Notes: generated by a model from the sequence alone, not told the origin. Numbered from the stretch's first letter, positions 9,259 through 19,340 are shown. The stretch is DNA of 64,000 bases from an uncultured Mycoplasma sp. (GCA_947646115.1 CANSFH010000003.1:16078-80077); one strand, 5' to 3'. Made by a program: numbers and translations.

Positions 9259-11363
9259 TAACGTTTCACCTCAACCATTTCAAAACATTCGATAACATCA
9301 CCAATACGTATATCAGTATAGTTGTCTAGAGTAATACCACATTCAAAACCTTTTTTAACTTCCTTAACGCTATCTTTTTCTCTTTGAACTGATGCTATTT
9401 TACCAGTATATATTATTACACCATCACGAATAAGACGAGCTTCAGCATTATTTTTTACTAAACCATCAGTAATGTAGCTTCCTGCAATATTACCAACTTT
9501 AGAGAATTTAAAGATTCTTCTAATTTCTGCACTTCCTAAAACTTTTTCTTCAAATTCAGGATCTAACATACCTTTCATTGCAAGTTCTATTTCTTCAATA
9601 CACTTATAAATTATTGTGTAAAGACGAATATCTACATTGTATTCTTTAGCTATTTCTTTAGTATTATTAGATGGACTTACGTTAAAACCAATTATAATAG
9701 CGTTAGATGCATTTGCGAGGACAACATCACTTTCAGTAATAGTGCCAATTCCAGAGCGAATAACATTTACTTTTACACCAGCAACATCAATTTTAAGTAA
9801 ACTATTTTTAACAGCTTCTTCAGAACCTCGAACATCAGTTTTTAATACAACATTTATCTCTTTTTGACCTTCATTAATTTTGCTAAATAAATCATCAAGA
9901 GATATTATGTCTTTTTTATATTTATTTTCTTTAGCAGAAATGGCTCTTTTTTCAGCAATTTCTTTGGCTTCATGTTCAGTTTCAAAAGCCATAAATTTAT
10001 CGCCAGCACTTGGATTTTCATTTAAACCAGTAATTTCCACAGGAGTTCCTGGAGCAGCAGTAGTAATTGATTCGCCTAAATCGTTTTTCATAGTACGAAT
10101 TTTACCAAATGTAGTACCAACAACAATTGGATCTCCAAGACGAAGAGTACCATTAGTAATAAGTAAACTGGCTATACCACCAATATTTTTATCTTGGCGA
10201 GATTCGATTACAGATCCTACAGCATATCTACTTGGATTAGCTTTAAGTTCAGATATTTCACTTATAGCTAAAATTGTCTCTAATAATTTATCAATTCCCA
10301 TTCCAGTTTTAGCTGAAATATTTATAAACGGAATATTTCCTCCCCATGCTTCTGGTGTAATATTAAGTTCAGCCATTTCTGTCATAATACGGTCAGGGTT
10401 AGCATCTGCTTTATCCATTTTATTTACAGCAACAATAATAGGTACTTTAGCACTTAAAGCATGTTCTACTGCTTCTTTAGTTTGAGGCATAACACCATCA
10501 TCAGCTGCAACAATAATTATAACAATATCAGTTACACTAGCACCTCTAGCACGCATTTCTGTAAATGCCGCATGCCCTGGAGTATCAATAAAGGTTATTT
10601 TATTACCATTTGTTTCAATTTGATAAGCACCAATATGTTGGGTAATACCACCAAATTCCCCTTCGACTACACGAGAGTTTCTAATATAGTCAAGTAGGGT
10701 TGTTTTTCCATGGTCAACATGACCCATAATTGTTACAATTGGAGGACGAGCTACTAAATCAGTTTCATTATCAACGATCTCGTATTCTTCAAAGTTAGAT
10801 ACATCTTGAGTTTCTTCTCTTTTTAAAGTTTTATTATATTCTAATGCAACAATTTCAGCTTGTTCAAAGTCAATTGCATTATTTAATGATAGCATTAAAC
10901 CTAAACCCATTAATTTTTTGATAATATCAGTGCCACTTATATTTAGTTCGTTAGCTAAATCTCCTACAGTCATTCCATCTTTAAAAACAATAATATTTTC
11001 ATCTTTAGTGTTTTTCATTAATTTGTTTTTATTTTTATACATTTCTTTACGAAGACGAGAATAATCTTTAGATTCAACTTGATCTTTTTTCTTTTTTAGT
11101 TTTTGTTTCTTATCAGTAATATTTATATTTTTAGTAATATTACTTGATTCAACTATTTCATCTACAACTTCATCAATTGTATCTTCTTCATCATAAGAGT
11201 CTTCTTCAACTCCAATTAAGTTAATAGCATTATCGAGTGATATTACCTCATCTTCAGTTAAGAAATCCTCTCCATTTTTTACTTCCATTCCTAAGTCGTT
11301 ACATTTTTTTAATATTTCTGCAACGCTTAAGTTTACATCACTTGCATATTCTTTTACAGTCAT
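9258..11363 (-). CDS. infB: translation initiation factor IF-2
   Basis: [20 protein letters not shown] and NKMD G-domain motifs. Operon context. Confidence 0.95.
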   Translation of the reverse strand: MTVKEYASDVNLSVAEILKKCNDLGMEVKNGEDFLTEDEVISLDNAINLIGVEEDSYDEEDTIDEVVDEIVESSNITKNINITDKKQKLKKKKDQVESKDYSRLRKEMYKNKNKLMKNTKDENIIVFKDGMTVGDLANELNISGTDIIKKLMGLGLMLSLNNAIDFEQAEIVALEYNKTLKREETQDVSNFEEYEIVDNETDLVARPPIVTIMGHVDHGKTTLLDYIRNSRVVEGEFGGITQHIGAYQIETNGNKITFIDTPGHAAFTEMRARGASVTDIVIIIVAADDGVMPQTKEAVEHALSAKVPIIVAVNKMDKADANPDRIMTEMAELNITPEAWGGNIPFINISAKTGMGIDKLLETILAISEISELKANPSRYAVGSVIESRQDKNIGGIASLLITNGTLRLGDPIVVGTTFGKIRTMKNDLGESITTAAPGTPVEITGLNENPSAGDKFMAFETEHEAKEIAEKRAISAKENKYKKDIISLDDLFSKINEGQKEINVVLKTDVRGSEEAVKNSLLKIDVAGVKVNVIRSGIGTITESDVVLANASNAIIIGFNVSPSNNTKEIAKEYNVDIRLYTIIYKCIEEIELAMKGMLDPEFEEKVLGSAEIRRIFKFSKVGNIAGSYITDGLVKNNAEARLIRDGVIIYTGKIASVQREKDSVKEVKKGFECGITLDNYTDIRIGDVIECFEMVEVKR

Positions 11364-11401
11364 ATAAACACTCCTTTCTCTTATTTATAATTTATTTAAA
11401 A

Positions 11402-11671
11402 TTATTTTATTAAATTTCTAGCTTCCTCATATACACTATTGTCAATTTCTACTCCGAGAATTCTCTCTAATATTTTAGTCTTTTCGGCTTTATTTATAAC
11501 CTCAATATCTTTTTTTAGATAAGCTCCTCGACCATTTACTTTGCCAGTTATATCAGCAACAACAGTACCTTCTGGAGTTCTTACAATACGAATTAATTCT
11601 CTTTTTTCTAATTTTTCTTTTGTTACAACACAACTACGCATAGGTATTTTTTTAGTTTTCAATAATACCAC
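11402..11671 (-). CDS. ylxR: YlxR/DUF448 RNA-binding protein
   Basis: KIPMRSCVVTKEK..ELIRIV....G.V..D..GK.NGRGAYL pattern. Position between nusA and infB. Confidence 0.85.
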   Translation of the reverse strand: MVLLKTKKIPMRSCVVTKEKLEKRELIRIVRTPEGTVVADITGKVNGRGAYLKKDIEVINKAEKTKILERILGVEIDNSVYEEARNLIK

Positions 11672-11677
11672 AATCCT

Positions 11678-12139
11678 TTATCTATTATTTTTAAGTTTTG
11701 TTTCTGGGTTTACAAAATCAGTTAAAATTGTCGCAGCATCATAAAGTGAAATTTCTGGATTGCTCTCATAAATACTGCTTAATTTAAGTTTTAAAATTTT
11801 TAAGATACCATCAATATCTTCGGGTCTAACAACTCTTTTTACTTCAATAACTTCATCAGCAATTACCTCATATCCAACTACCATTCCACACCCCAAACAT
11901 ACATATATTTCGCCATGTTTGGATTCATTAAATTTTACTAATAAATGATGGTTACATACAGGTTCTTCACCACATTTAGTTCTCATTTTAGAATACTTGG
12001 CAGATATTAAGCTGTCTATTCTTGCTATTTCTGCAGCCTTCTCTTTTTCTAATAAGTGAATATCAAACATAATACTGGCACTTTTGATATTATAATCTGC
12101 TTGCGCCCTATATTCTTCCATTAGTCTTTTTAAATCCAT
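11678..12139 (-). CDS. hypothetical Cys4 zinc-ribbon protein inserted between nusA and ylxR
   Basis: 153 aa with KCGEEPVC...VCLGCG (four Cys). Tightly packed in the operon, with a 19-nt gap to nusA and a 6-nt gap to ylxR. Confidence 0.5.
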   Translation of the reverse strand: MDLKRLMEEYRAQADYNIKSASIMFDIHLLEKEKAAEIARIDSLISAKYSKMRTKCGEEPVCNHHLLVKFNESKHGEIYVCLGCGMVVGYEVIADEVIEVKRVVRPEDIDGILKILKLKLSSIYESNPEISLYDAATILTDFVNPETKLKNNR

Positions 12140-12158
12140 AACCCTCTGCCCCTATTTT

Positions 12159-13310
12159 TTATTTATTTCCTTCAGCATTTATTTCTTCCATAGTTTTAAT
12201 ATTAATCTTATATTTAGTTAAACGGCTAGCAAGTTTAATATTATTTCCACCTTTTCCGATAGCTACTGATAATTGGTCAGAAGCAACTACAGCTAATGCC
12301 TCCTTTTTTGTTTCATTTGTAATATTTACAATAGCATTTTTAGCTGGACTTAAAGCATTTTTAATAAATTCTGTGGCATCATCACTATAAAGAACAACAT
12401 CAACTTTTTCGCCATTAAGTTCTTTTAAGATACTCGCTATACGAGAACCTCTTTCACCAATACAAGTTCCAATTGGATCAATTCTTTCGTTAGTTGATGA
12501 AACTGCTATTTTACTACGTAAGCCTGCTTCACGAACACAAGAATACATAATTAAAGTTCCATCTTGAAATTCAGGTATTTCAAGTTCAAATAATCTTTTA
12601 ACAAAACCATAATGTTTTCTTGATAAAAGAATTAATGGTCCTTTAGTATTATTTTCGATTTTAGTAACATAAACACGAATATTAGAACCCATTTTAATAG
12701 TTTCGCCAGGAATAATTTCACTTTTTGGTAAAACTCCTCTTGTACGACCAAAATCAATGTAGTAATTACGAGCATCTTCCATTGCAACTAGTCCAAGTAA
12801 CATTTCATCTTGTTTATCTTGAAATTCTTCAATGATACTATTTTTTTCAGCTTCTCTAATTTTTTGTGTTAGTACTTGTTTAGCAGTAGAAGCCGCTACA
12901 CGACCAAAATCTTTTGGAGTTACTTCATATTCAATAGTTTCCCCCACTTTGATACCTGGTACTATTTCTTCAGCTTGTTCTAAAATAATTTGAGCATCAA
13001 TATTAATTTCAGGTGGTATTTTAACAATGTTTCCTTCTTCATCAGTTTCTTCACTTCCAAAGTCAACATCTTCTACTACTATTAAGTAACTAAACACTCT
13101 AATTTCTCCTGTTTCACGGTTAATATCAACTCTAACATTAGTTTTAGAATCAAAGTTTTTCTTGTAAGCTGTTGTTAAGGCTTGTTCCATACCTTCAAAT
13201 ACAACAGCTTCACTTATTCCTTTTTCTTTTACTATATTTTTTACAGCTTTAATGAATTCTTCACTATTCATTCCAACACTATTTTCTTCTTTAGTTTTCT
13301 TTTTCATCAT
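12159..13310 (-). CDS. nusA: transcription termination/antitermination factor NusA
   Basis: N-terminal domain, S1 and two KH domains (IGERGSRI, IGKGGNNI). The start is ambiguous: ATG at 13310/13307 with a GAGGTG Shine-Dalgarno, or ATG at 13271 (MNSEEF..., the usual NusA N-terminus). Confidence 0.9.
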   Translation of the reverse strand: MMKKKTKEENSVGMNSEEFIKAVKNIVKEKGISEAVVFEGMEQALTTAYKKNFDSKTNVRVDINRETGEIRVFSYLIVVEDVDFGSEETDEEGNIVKIPPEINIDAQIILEQAEEIVPGIKVGETIEYEVTPKDFGRVAASTAKQVLTQKIREAEKNSIIEEFQDKQDEMLLGLVAMEDARNYYIDFGRTRGVLPKSEIIPGETIKMGSNIRVYVTKIENNTKGPLILLSRKHYGFVKRLFELEIPEFQDGTLIMYSCVREAGLRSKIAVSSTNERIDPIGTCIGERGSRIASILKELNGEKVDVVLYSDDATEFIKNALSPAKNAIVNITNETKKEALAVVASDQLSVAIGKGGNNIKLASRLTKYKINIKTMEEINAEGNK

Positions 13311-13566
13311 TTACACCTCTCTCTTTGGACACAACATCTAATATATATGAATCATCAGTAAAATCATTAGCATCTACTATTGGATTAATAATATTAGTAG
13401 CATCTACAATTGTATCAATATCAATTCCCCCAACTTTATCTAGAACTACTGATAAAACATTATAATTACCACTATTCTTTTCATATGTTATACTATCAAC
13501 AATTATTTCTTTTGGCTCTAATGCTTCTTTAATTTTTGCTTCTAAATATTCTAAAGTACCTTTCAT
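13291..13566 (-). CDS. rimP: ribosome maturation factor RimP, N-terminal domain only (91 aa)
   Basis: Position upstream of nusA. YILDVVSKERG aligns with the RimP Y.LEVSSPG..R motif, and the ORF stops right after it, so the C-terminal Sm/SH3-like domain is absent. Confidence 0.7.
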   Translation of the reverse strand: MKGTLEYLEAKIKEALEPKEIIVDSITYEKNSGNYNVLSVVLDKVGGIDIDTIVDATNIINPIVDANDFTDDSYILDVVSKERGVNDEKEN

Positions 13567-13593
13567 AACTCACCTCTTTAAATATAATAATAA

Positions 13594-13657
13594 AAGTGGG
13601 AATTTCTGCCCACTTAAATCTGTAAGGTAATTATATCATAAATTAAGTATTTGTCAA
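13594..13657 (-). promoter_or_regulatory. rimP-nusA-infB operon promoter plus leader terminator-like hairpin
   Basis: Minus strand: TTGACA (13657-13652), 16-nt spacer with TGn, TATAAT (13635-13630). In the leader, AAGTGGG-cagaaatt-CCCACTT (13615-13594) is followed by TTATTATTAT and then the GAGGTG Shine-Dalgarno. Confidence 0.55.
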
Positions 13658-13926
13658 AGTATTTTTTGAATAAAAATTTATGTAATTTCATTAAAATATA
13701 AGCAATTAATTATTATGTTTCATTTTTCTAGTTTTAGATAATAGTTTTCATTTAAAGCTATAAGCCTTAATGAATTCAATTTTTAATGATTTCACATTTT
13801 CTTCTGATTTTTTATCTTTTACTTCTATTTCTTTTTTTCAAATATTTTTTTATTAATCTTTTTTAGAATACTAAAATTCTAAACTAATTTGCTTTTAATA
13901 TAATTTTCAGCTTTCTTTTAGTCAAG

Positions 13927-13950
13927 TAAAATAGAACTATAAAGTTCTAT
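13927..13950 (-). terminator. terminator of the coiled-coil MPE gene
   Basis: On the minus strand, ATAGAAC-tttata-GTTCTAT is followed by TTTTAC. It overlaps the stop codon. Confidence 0.5.
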
Positions 13951-15836
13951 TAATTATTATTTTTAGGTTTAGTGTAGTTAATAATAGTAGTAGGTTTTAA
14001 TTCTCTTTTTAATGTTAAAGGTTTTAAATCAAGGCTAGTTAATCCAGTCTCATCAAAATACATATCTGCGGCCATTGCGCCTCTTTCGCGATTAACTCTA
14101 CCCCAAGTTGTAACTTGGCATACGCTTTGTGTTAAATATATTTTACTGCGATGTGAATGACCTAATAAGCTAAAATCATAATCTCTAAACTTTTGCCTAA
14201 ATACTGATTCAGTATCATTTTTAATTCCTATATTGGGATGCGCTACAAGAAGATGAAGTCTATCACTCTTTTTTCTTCTAAATGTTAAATCAGCATAATC
14301 ATAGCCTAAAAACATAAAGTCATTACGATGCTCTGTAAAATATTTTAGAAAGTCTACTCCTAAATACAAAGTTTCTTGCTCGTGATTTCCTCCTAAAATA
14401 AGATGCATAATGGGTGAAGAAGGTATTTTTTCGATAGAATCAAAAACAAGATCTTTAATTCTTTCATATTCTTCTTTACTAAAACAACCTTTATTTTTAT
14501 ATGCATAATCACAAAAGTCTCCGAGATTGATAATCATGTCAACTTCATTTTTATCACAGTACTCAAGTAATCTTTTATAATTATCAATAAAATTTTCAGT
14601 TATAAAGTCACGGATATGAGCATCAGCAATAGAGACTATCTTTAGGGGTTTACTATTATCTGGAAGAATAAAATTAAATGTGCCACCTCTTTTAATTAAA
14701 GGAGAAGTTATTTTAAAAATAGGATTATTAATATCAAGCCCAACTATTTCAATATTAATGCTTCTTTTAAGATGTAAAATATGTTCTATTAATTCTCCTA
14801 CTGTAATATCGAAATTTTGTTTTTTTAGTATTTCTATTAAAGTAAATGCTGAACACTCTCCAGTAAATAAAGCTTCTAAAATTACGGCTTCAATTTTAGC
14901 TTTTCTTTTGGCTAATTTTTTTTGACTATCTAATTCATAAAGTCTTGATTTGTATTTTAGACGATATGCTTCCTTTGCTTCTTCTAACTGTGCGGCTTTG
15001 GCTCTTTCATCATCTAATTCTTTTTTTATTGCTTCAATTCTTTCTTCAAGTTCTTTTATAACTCTCCTAAATTCAGTTTTTATAGCATTAACTCTATCTT
15101 CACTTATTTCTTTTTCGCCTGTTCTCATTTGCTTTTTTAATGAAGATATTCTATTATTTAAGTTATTATTTGCTTTGACAAGATCATCATTACTTGATGA
15201 TAAAGCGGTATTTTCTATAGTAATGGCGAATAAATTTTGCTGTAATGCATCTATTTTGCCTGAACTATCTTTTAGGCTTTCTTCCAATTCTATTATTTTT
15301 CTTCTTTTGGCCTTATTACTTTTAGTTAAACTTTCTATGTTATCTTCCAGTTTAGCTAGTGTTGTTTCTTTTTCCCTTAAAGCGTCTTTTAGTTGAGCGA
15401 GCATTTTAGTTAAGTCTTCTGGTTCTTTTGCAGTTTTTTCTTCCTTAACGCCTCTTATTTCAGATGCTTTGGCATTTAATTCTTCAATTATTTTAGTTAG
15501 TTCATCATCTATAGAACTGGATTGACTTGCGATTAAGTTTTGATAAAGGTCATAAATGCTAAAAATTCCAGTAATAATAGATTCACTTAATTTTTCATTA
15601 TTTCTTATACACAATGTAAGTGTAGAAATAACACTAACTATTAATTTTTTAGTTAATTTTAAGGGAAACTTATCTTTATTTAAATTATCTAAAATAGCTT
15701 TAATAAAATATTCTATAAAATCCTCTTTATGATATTTTTTATTAAGCGCTTTAAACATAGCTTCCATATCCAAATTGGATATATCTGTAGAATTTAAATA
15801 ACCTAGTATTTTAGTTTTATCTACTGGATTTATCAT
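13950..15836 (-). CDS. coiled-coil / wHTH-like / calcineurin-type metallophosphoesterase fusion protein
   Basis: Residues from about 110 to 330 are heptad-rich with a charged coiled-coil character. The C-terminus carries MPE motifs: SIADAHI (DxH), LGDFCD (GD), GGNHE (GNHE) and GHSHR (GH.H). Confidence 0.6.
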   Translation of the reverse strand: MINPVDKTKILGYLNSTDISNLDMEAMFKALNKKYHKEDFIEYFIKAILDNLNKDKFPLKLTKKLIVSVISTLTLCIRNNEKLSESIITGIFSIYDLYQNLIASQSSSIDDELTKIIEELNAKASEIRGVKEEKTAKEPEDLTKMLAQLKDALREKETTLAKLEDNIESLTKSNKAKRRKIIELEESLKDSSGKIDALQQNLFAITIENTALSSSNDDLVKANNNLNNRISSLKKQMRTGEKEISEDRVNAIKTEFRRVIKELEERIEAIKKELDDERAKAAQLEEAKEAYRLKYKSRLYELDSQKKLAKRKAKIEAVILEALFTGECSAFTLIEILKKQNFDITVGELIEHILHLKRSINIEIVGLDINNPIFKITSPLIKRGGTFNFILPDNSKPLKIVSIADAHIRDFITENFIDNYKRLLEYCDKNEVDMIINLGDFCDYAYKNKGCFSKEEYERIKDLVFDSIEKIPSSPIMHLILGGNHEQETLYLGVDFLKYFTEHRNDFMFLGYDYADLTFRRKKSDRLHLLVAHPNIGIKNDTESVFRQKFRDYDFSLLGHSHRSKIYLTQSVCQVTTWGRVNRERGAMAADMYFDETGLTSLDLKPLTLKRELKPTTIINYTKPKNNN

Positions 15837-15920
15837 ATAAATTACCTCATTTGATTATTCTAGCATAATGCTAAAAGCAAAGTCAATAGACTAAAGTTTA
15901 TTTTGATATATTTTCTAAAA

Positions 15921-15954
15921 TCTAAAAAAGTTTAGTAATTTTTATACTAAACTT
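15921..15954 (-). terminator. terminator of the ABC operon
   Basis: On the minus strand, AAGTTTAGTA-taaaaat-TACTAAACTT (10 bp) is followed by TTTTTAG. Confidence 0.6.
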
Positions 15955-18496
15955 AAATGTTTTCTTCGCGTAATGCTTCTAATATATTTTCTCGTTTTAT
16001 TTTTTTAGAAGCATAATTCATAGAAATAAGTACTATTAAAAATACAGCGATAATACTAATTATTAGAGATGACCAATTAATAATCATATTTGTATCAAAA
16101 ACGTTACCTATACTTAAAGAGATTAAATAATTTATAGCAAGTGATACAGGAATACCATATATTAGGGATTTAAGACCAAAGAATAAGCTTTCGAAGAATA
16201 ATAGTTTATTAAAGCCTTTAGGCGATAAACCAATGCTTCTTAACATTGCAAATTCTTTTCTTCGTAAATTGATATTGGTATTGATAGTATTTATTACACT
16301 TGTTACTCCGATTAAAGTAACTAAAGTGATAAAGCCATAAAATAATATTTTAACTGTTATAACTAAATTTTTAGTTTCAGCCATATCTATTTTGGGACTA
16401 TGAAAATAAATTGTCGAACTAAAAGCATTTTTCTTATTATCAATATCATCATCAATTGTTTTATAACTAGGAGTATTGATAATTAGACTAGCACATAAGT
16501 TATTATTGTACCCTATTTTTTCTTTGTATGTTGATTCATTAATTAAAACTAAAGGTGTTTCATCATATTTTGTGATTTTTAAGCCCCAAATATCATCATT
16601 TATGACTATAGCATCTAAACTTAAATTTAGATTTTTAGCTTCGTTTTTTAATTCTAAATTATATTTATCTTTACTATATATGGATAAAGAAATTGTTTTT
16701 CTTTCATCTTCATTATAGATTGTAAGATATTTATTATTTAATAAAACTGCTTCACTATTAGTAATTTTATTATAATCTTCATCAGCTAAAACTTTTATAA
16801 TATACCCAATATCATCAGTAGTATCAATTGATATACCATTAAATCTATGATAAAAATCTTGATATTTTTGCGTAAAATCGTTTTTCTTTAGATTGGTTCT
16901 GGTAACCCAAAGTTCATCTATAATTGTTAGGCTATCAGTAATATTATATTTTTGTTTTATTAAATTTATATCACTGGTAACTTCTTCAAGATTTCCTTGA
17001 ATATTAAAAGCAACATCATAATCATAATAATCAATGGAATCTGTAGCTTTTACAACATACTTTAAATATGAAGTAAATGTATTAAACATAACAATACTTA
17101 TAAATAAAGATATAATAGTTATACGATATTTTCGCTTATTTCGTTTAATATTTTTATAAGCGATATCTCCTTCGATGCCAAATAATTTATTTATAAATTT
17201 AGGAGTTTTAACTTCACGCTTCGATATTTTAATTTCATCATTTCCTCTAATTGCTTCAATAGGACTTACTTTACTACTACGTTTAGCTGGTAGATAAGCA
17301 CTTAAAAATATTACTAGAACCATAAATATTAGTGGCATAGCTAAATATAAAGGTTCAACACTAAATATGAAAGAATAACCAAAAGTATCTTTTAATAGGT
17401 TATTTATAATTTCAATAACTATGTATATTCCAAAGAATGCACTTATAATTCCTAATATAATTCCTATTAGCCCCACTATAACTGCTTCAAAGAATACTGA
17501 TGATCTAATTTGTTTATGGGTTGCGCCAATTGAAGCATACAAACCAAAACTTTTTTTACGCTCCATAGTTGAGATAGCAAATGAATTATAAATTACTATA
17601 ATACATCCGATCGATATTACTGATAAAGCAATTATAATTAGTGGTATAATAGTATCATTAACATTGGAATATTTTGTTGCACCATAATAATATAAAATAT
17701 TGGTATTAGCTCCATAATCAAGGTTATCACTTTTTAAGTTGTTTTCAATATCTTTTAAATATTCAAATGTTTTAGAAGGCTTTTTAAACTCTACAAAAGC
17801 ATTATAAATATTTTTAGGATTAGTGTTTAGAGAGAATGCCATATAACCAGCATCACTATAACTTTCATAAAAGGTTTTGTCTACAATTCCGACAATTGTA
17901 TAAGTCTTGGAAGTTATATCTTTTATTTCTTCACTGACATATGTATAATCATTTTCATTCCAAGAGCCAGGAAGTGAATAATTATGAGCAATATTTAAGC
18001 TGCTATCACTATCATAGCGAGTTCCTATATCAAGTGTTATAGTATCCCCAACTTTAACCTTTAATTTGCCATTACTAATTAAATGCTCACTTATAACAAG
18101 TTCATTACTATTTTCAGGTAATCTTCCATTAATTAAATTTAATGTTTCTAATAATTTAGAATTGGCTTCAGTAACATAAATATAGGGTTTAGCTTCATTA
18201 CCACTATTAAATTTAGCAAAGCCTAAAGGAACATAATAGTAGAATTTATCGATATTAATATTTTTAGAAATGATACTCATTTCCTTATCATTTAAATTAT
18301 TAAACATTGCGTGGAAAGATCCATAATTTTCGGCTGCTTTTTGTCTTTCCGTTGTAAGAACACTTGATATTAATAAACCTATTCCAACCATTAAAGCTGT
18401 AGATAAAGCAATACCTATGATTGTAACTAACGTTCTTTTTTTGTTCATTTTAAGATGTTTAATTGTTAGTTTATTTAGTATATTCATGATTGCCAC
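15953..18496 (-). CDS. ABC transporter permease, duplicated FtsX/MacB-type (two TM1-periplasmic domain-TM2-4 halves)
   Basis: 847 aa with two FtsX-like 3-TM bundles, each preceded by a TM helix and a domain of about 230 aa predicted to be extracytoplasmic. Overlaps the ATPase gene. Confidence 0.85.
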   Translation of the reverse strand: MAIMNILNKLTIKHLKMNKKRTLVTIIGIALSTALMVGIGLLISSVLTTERQKAAENYGSFHAMFNNLNDKEMSIISKNINIDKFYYYVPLGFAKFNSGNEAKPYIYVTEANSKLLETLNLINGRLPENSNELVISEHLISNGKLKVKVGDTITLDIGTRYDSDSSLNIAHNYSLPGSWNENDYTYVSEEIKDITSKTYTIVGIVDKTFYESYSDAGYMAFSLNTNPKNIYNAFVEFKKPSKTFEYLKDIENNLKSDNLDYGANTNILYYYGATKYSNVNDTIIPLIIIALSVISIGCIIVIYNSFAISTMERKKSFGLYASIGATHKQIRSSVFFEAVIVGLIGIILGIISAFFGIYIVIEIINNLLKDTFGYSFIFSVEPLYLAMPLIFMVLVIFLSAYLPAKRSSKVSPIEAIRGNDEIKISKREVKTPKFINKLFGIEGDIAYKNIKRNKRKYRITIISLFISIVMFNTFTSYLKYVVKATDSIDYYDYDVAFNIQGNLEEVTSDINLIKQKYNITDSLTIIDELWVTRTNLKKNDFTQKYQDFYHRFNGISIDTTDDIGYIIKVLADEDYNKITNSEAVLLNNKYLTIYNEDERKTISLSIYSKDKYNLELKNEAKNLNLSLDAIVINDDIWGLKITKYDETPLVLINESTYKEKIGYNNNLCASLIINTPSYKTIDDDIDNKKNAFSSTIYFHSPKIDMAETKNLVITVKILFYGFITLVTLIGVTSVINTINTNINLRRKEFAMLRSIGLSPKGFNKLLFFESLFFGLKSLIYGIPVSLAINYLISLSIGNVFDTNMIINWSSLIISIIAVFLIVLISMNYASKKIKRENILEALREENI

Positions 18497-19172
18497 CTAC
18501 TCGTTCATCAGATATGATTTTACCATCTTCAATAGTTATAATTCTTTTAGCATTTAAAGCTAAATTTTTATCGTGGGTAATCATTATAATTGTTTGACCA
18601 AATTTTTCATTTGATACTTTTAAAAGTTCCATAATCTCGGTGCTTGCTTTAGAATCTAAGTTCCCTGTTGGTTCATCAGCGAGTAAAAGTGCGGGATGAT
18701 TCATTAAAGCACGGCCAATTGAAACACGTTGTTGCTGACCTCCTGATAATTCATTAGGTAAATGATTAACTCTCTTTTCAAGGCCTAAAGTTTCAATTAA
18801 TTCATTTAAGTATTTTTGATCTGGTTTAGCGCCATCTAATAAAACTGGTAAAGTAATATTTTCTTTAACATTTAAAATAGGTATAAGATTATAAAATTGA
18901 TAAATTAATCCTACTTCACGACGTCTAAAGATTGCTAAATTATTTTCATTTAATTTATAAACATCTTTACCATTTAAGTAAACTTTACCACTTGTTGGTG
19001 TATCTACTCCACCTAATATGTGAAGTAAAGTAGATTTACCAGAACCACTAGCTCCAACAATAGCAACAAAGTCTCCTTTTTCCACATTAAAACTTACATT
19101 ATCTAGAGCATTAACTTTAATTGAACCACTAGTATAAGTTTTACATAAATTTTCAACTTTTAAAATTTCCAT
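18471..19172 (-). CDS. ABC transporter ATP-binding protein (MacB/LolD/BceA-like)
   Basis: Walker A GASGSGKST, signature LSGGQQQRV, Walker B LLLADEPTG. Confidence 0.9.
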   Translation of the reverse strand: MEILKVENLCKTYTSGSIKVNALDNVSFNVEKGDFVAIVGASGSGKSTLLHILGGVDTPTSGKVYLNGKDVYKLNENNLAIFRRREVGLIYQFYNLIPILNVKENITLPVLLDGAKPDQKYLNELIETLGLEKRVNHLPNELSGGQQQRVSIGRALMNHPALLLADEPTGNLDSKASTEIMELLKVSNEKFGQTIIMITHDKNLALNAKRIITIEDGKIISDERVGGNHEYTK

Positions 19173-19194
19173 ATAAATTTTCCTTTCTGAAATA

Positions 19195-19229
19195 ATTATA
19201 TAATTTTAATGTGACTTAAGAGTGACTTA
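19195..19229 (-). promoter_or_regulatory. candidate promoter of the ABC operon with response-regulator-type direct repeats
   Basis: Minus-strand TATAAT at 19200-19195. At 19211-19218 and 19222-19229 the plus strand reads GTGACTTA-aga-GTGACTTA (TAAGTCAC x2 on the minus strand). These are perfect 8-bp direct repeats with 11-bp periodicity covering the -35 region. Confidence 0.45.
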
Positions 19230-19303
19230 TTTAATTACAATTTTGTCATTTATATACCATATTTTTAGCTAAATTTCAAGAAAAAATTTACCTATATTTT
19301 TAA

Positions 19304-19333
19304 TAGACTTTAGCCTATTTTATATATTATAAT
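19304..19333 (+). promoter_or_regulatory. sigma-A-type promoter of the candidate toxin mRNA
   Basis: TAGACT (19304-19309), an 18-nt spacer, then TATAAT (19328-19333). The predicted start is near G19341, exactly where the long-range helix begins. Confidence 0.45.
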
Positions 19334-19340
19334 TAATATA

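Noticed and set aside
9637-10697. Plus-strand ORFs (76, 201 and 78 aa) inside infB
   Set aside because: They lie antisense to a gene with unmistakable IF-2 motifs. Their products are low-complexity and Ser/Leu/Ile-rich, as is typical of shadow ORFs in AT-rich DNA. No Shine-Dalgarno is present.
14680-15396. Plus-strand ORFs (81 and 148 aa) inside the coiled-coil MPE gene
   Set aside because: They are the antisense of an E/K/L-rich coiled-coil region, which automatically yields S/F/L-rich open frames. There are no translation signals.
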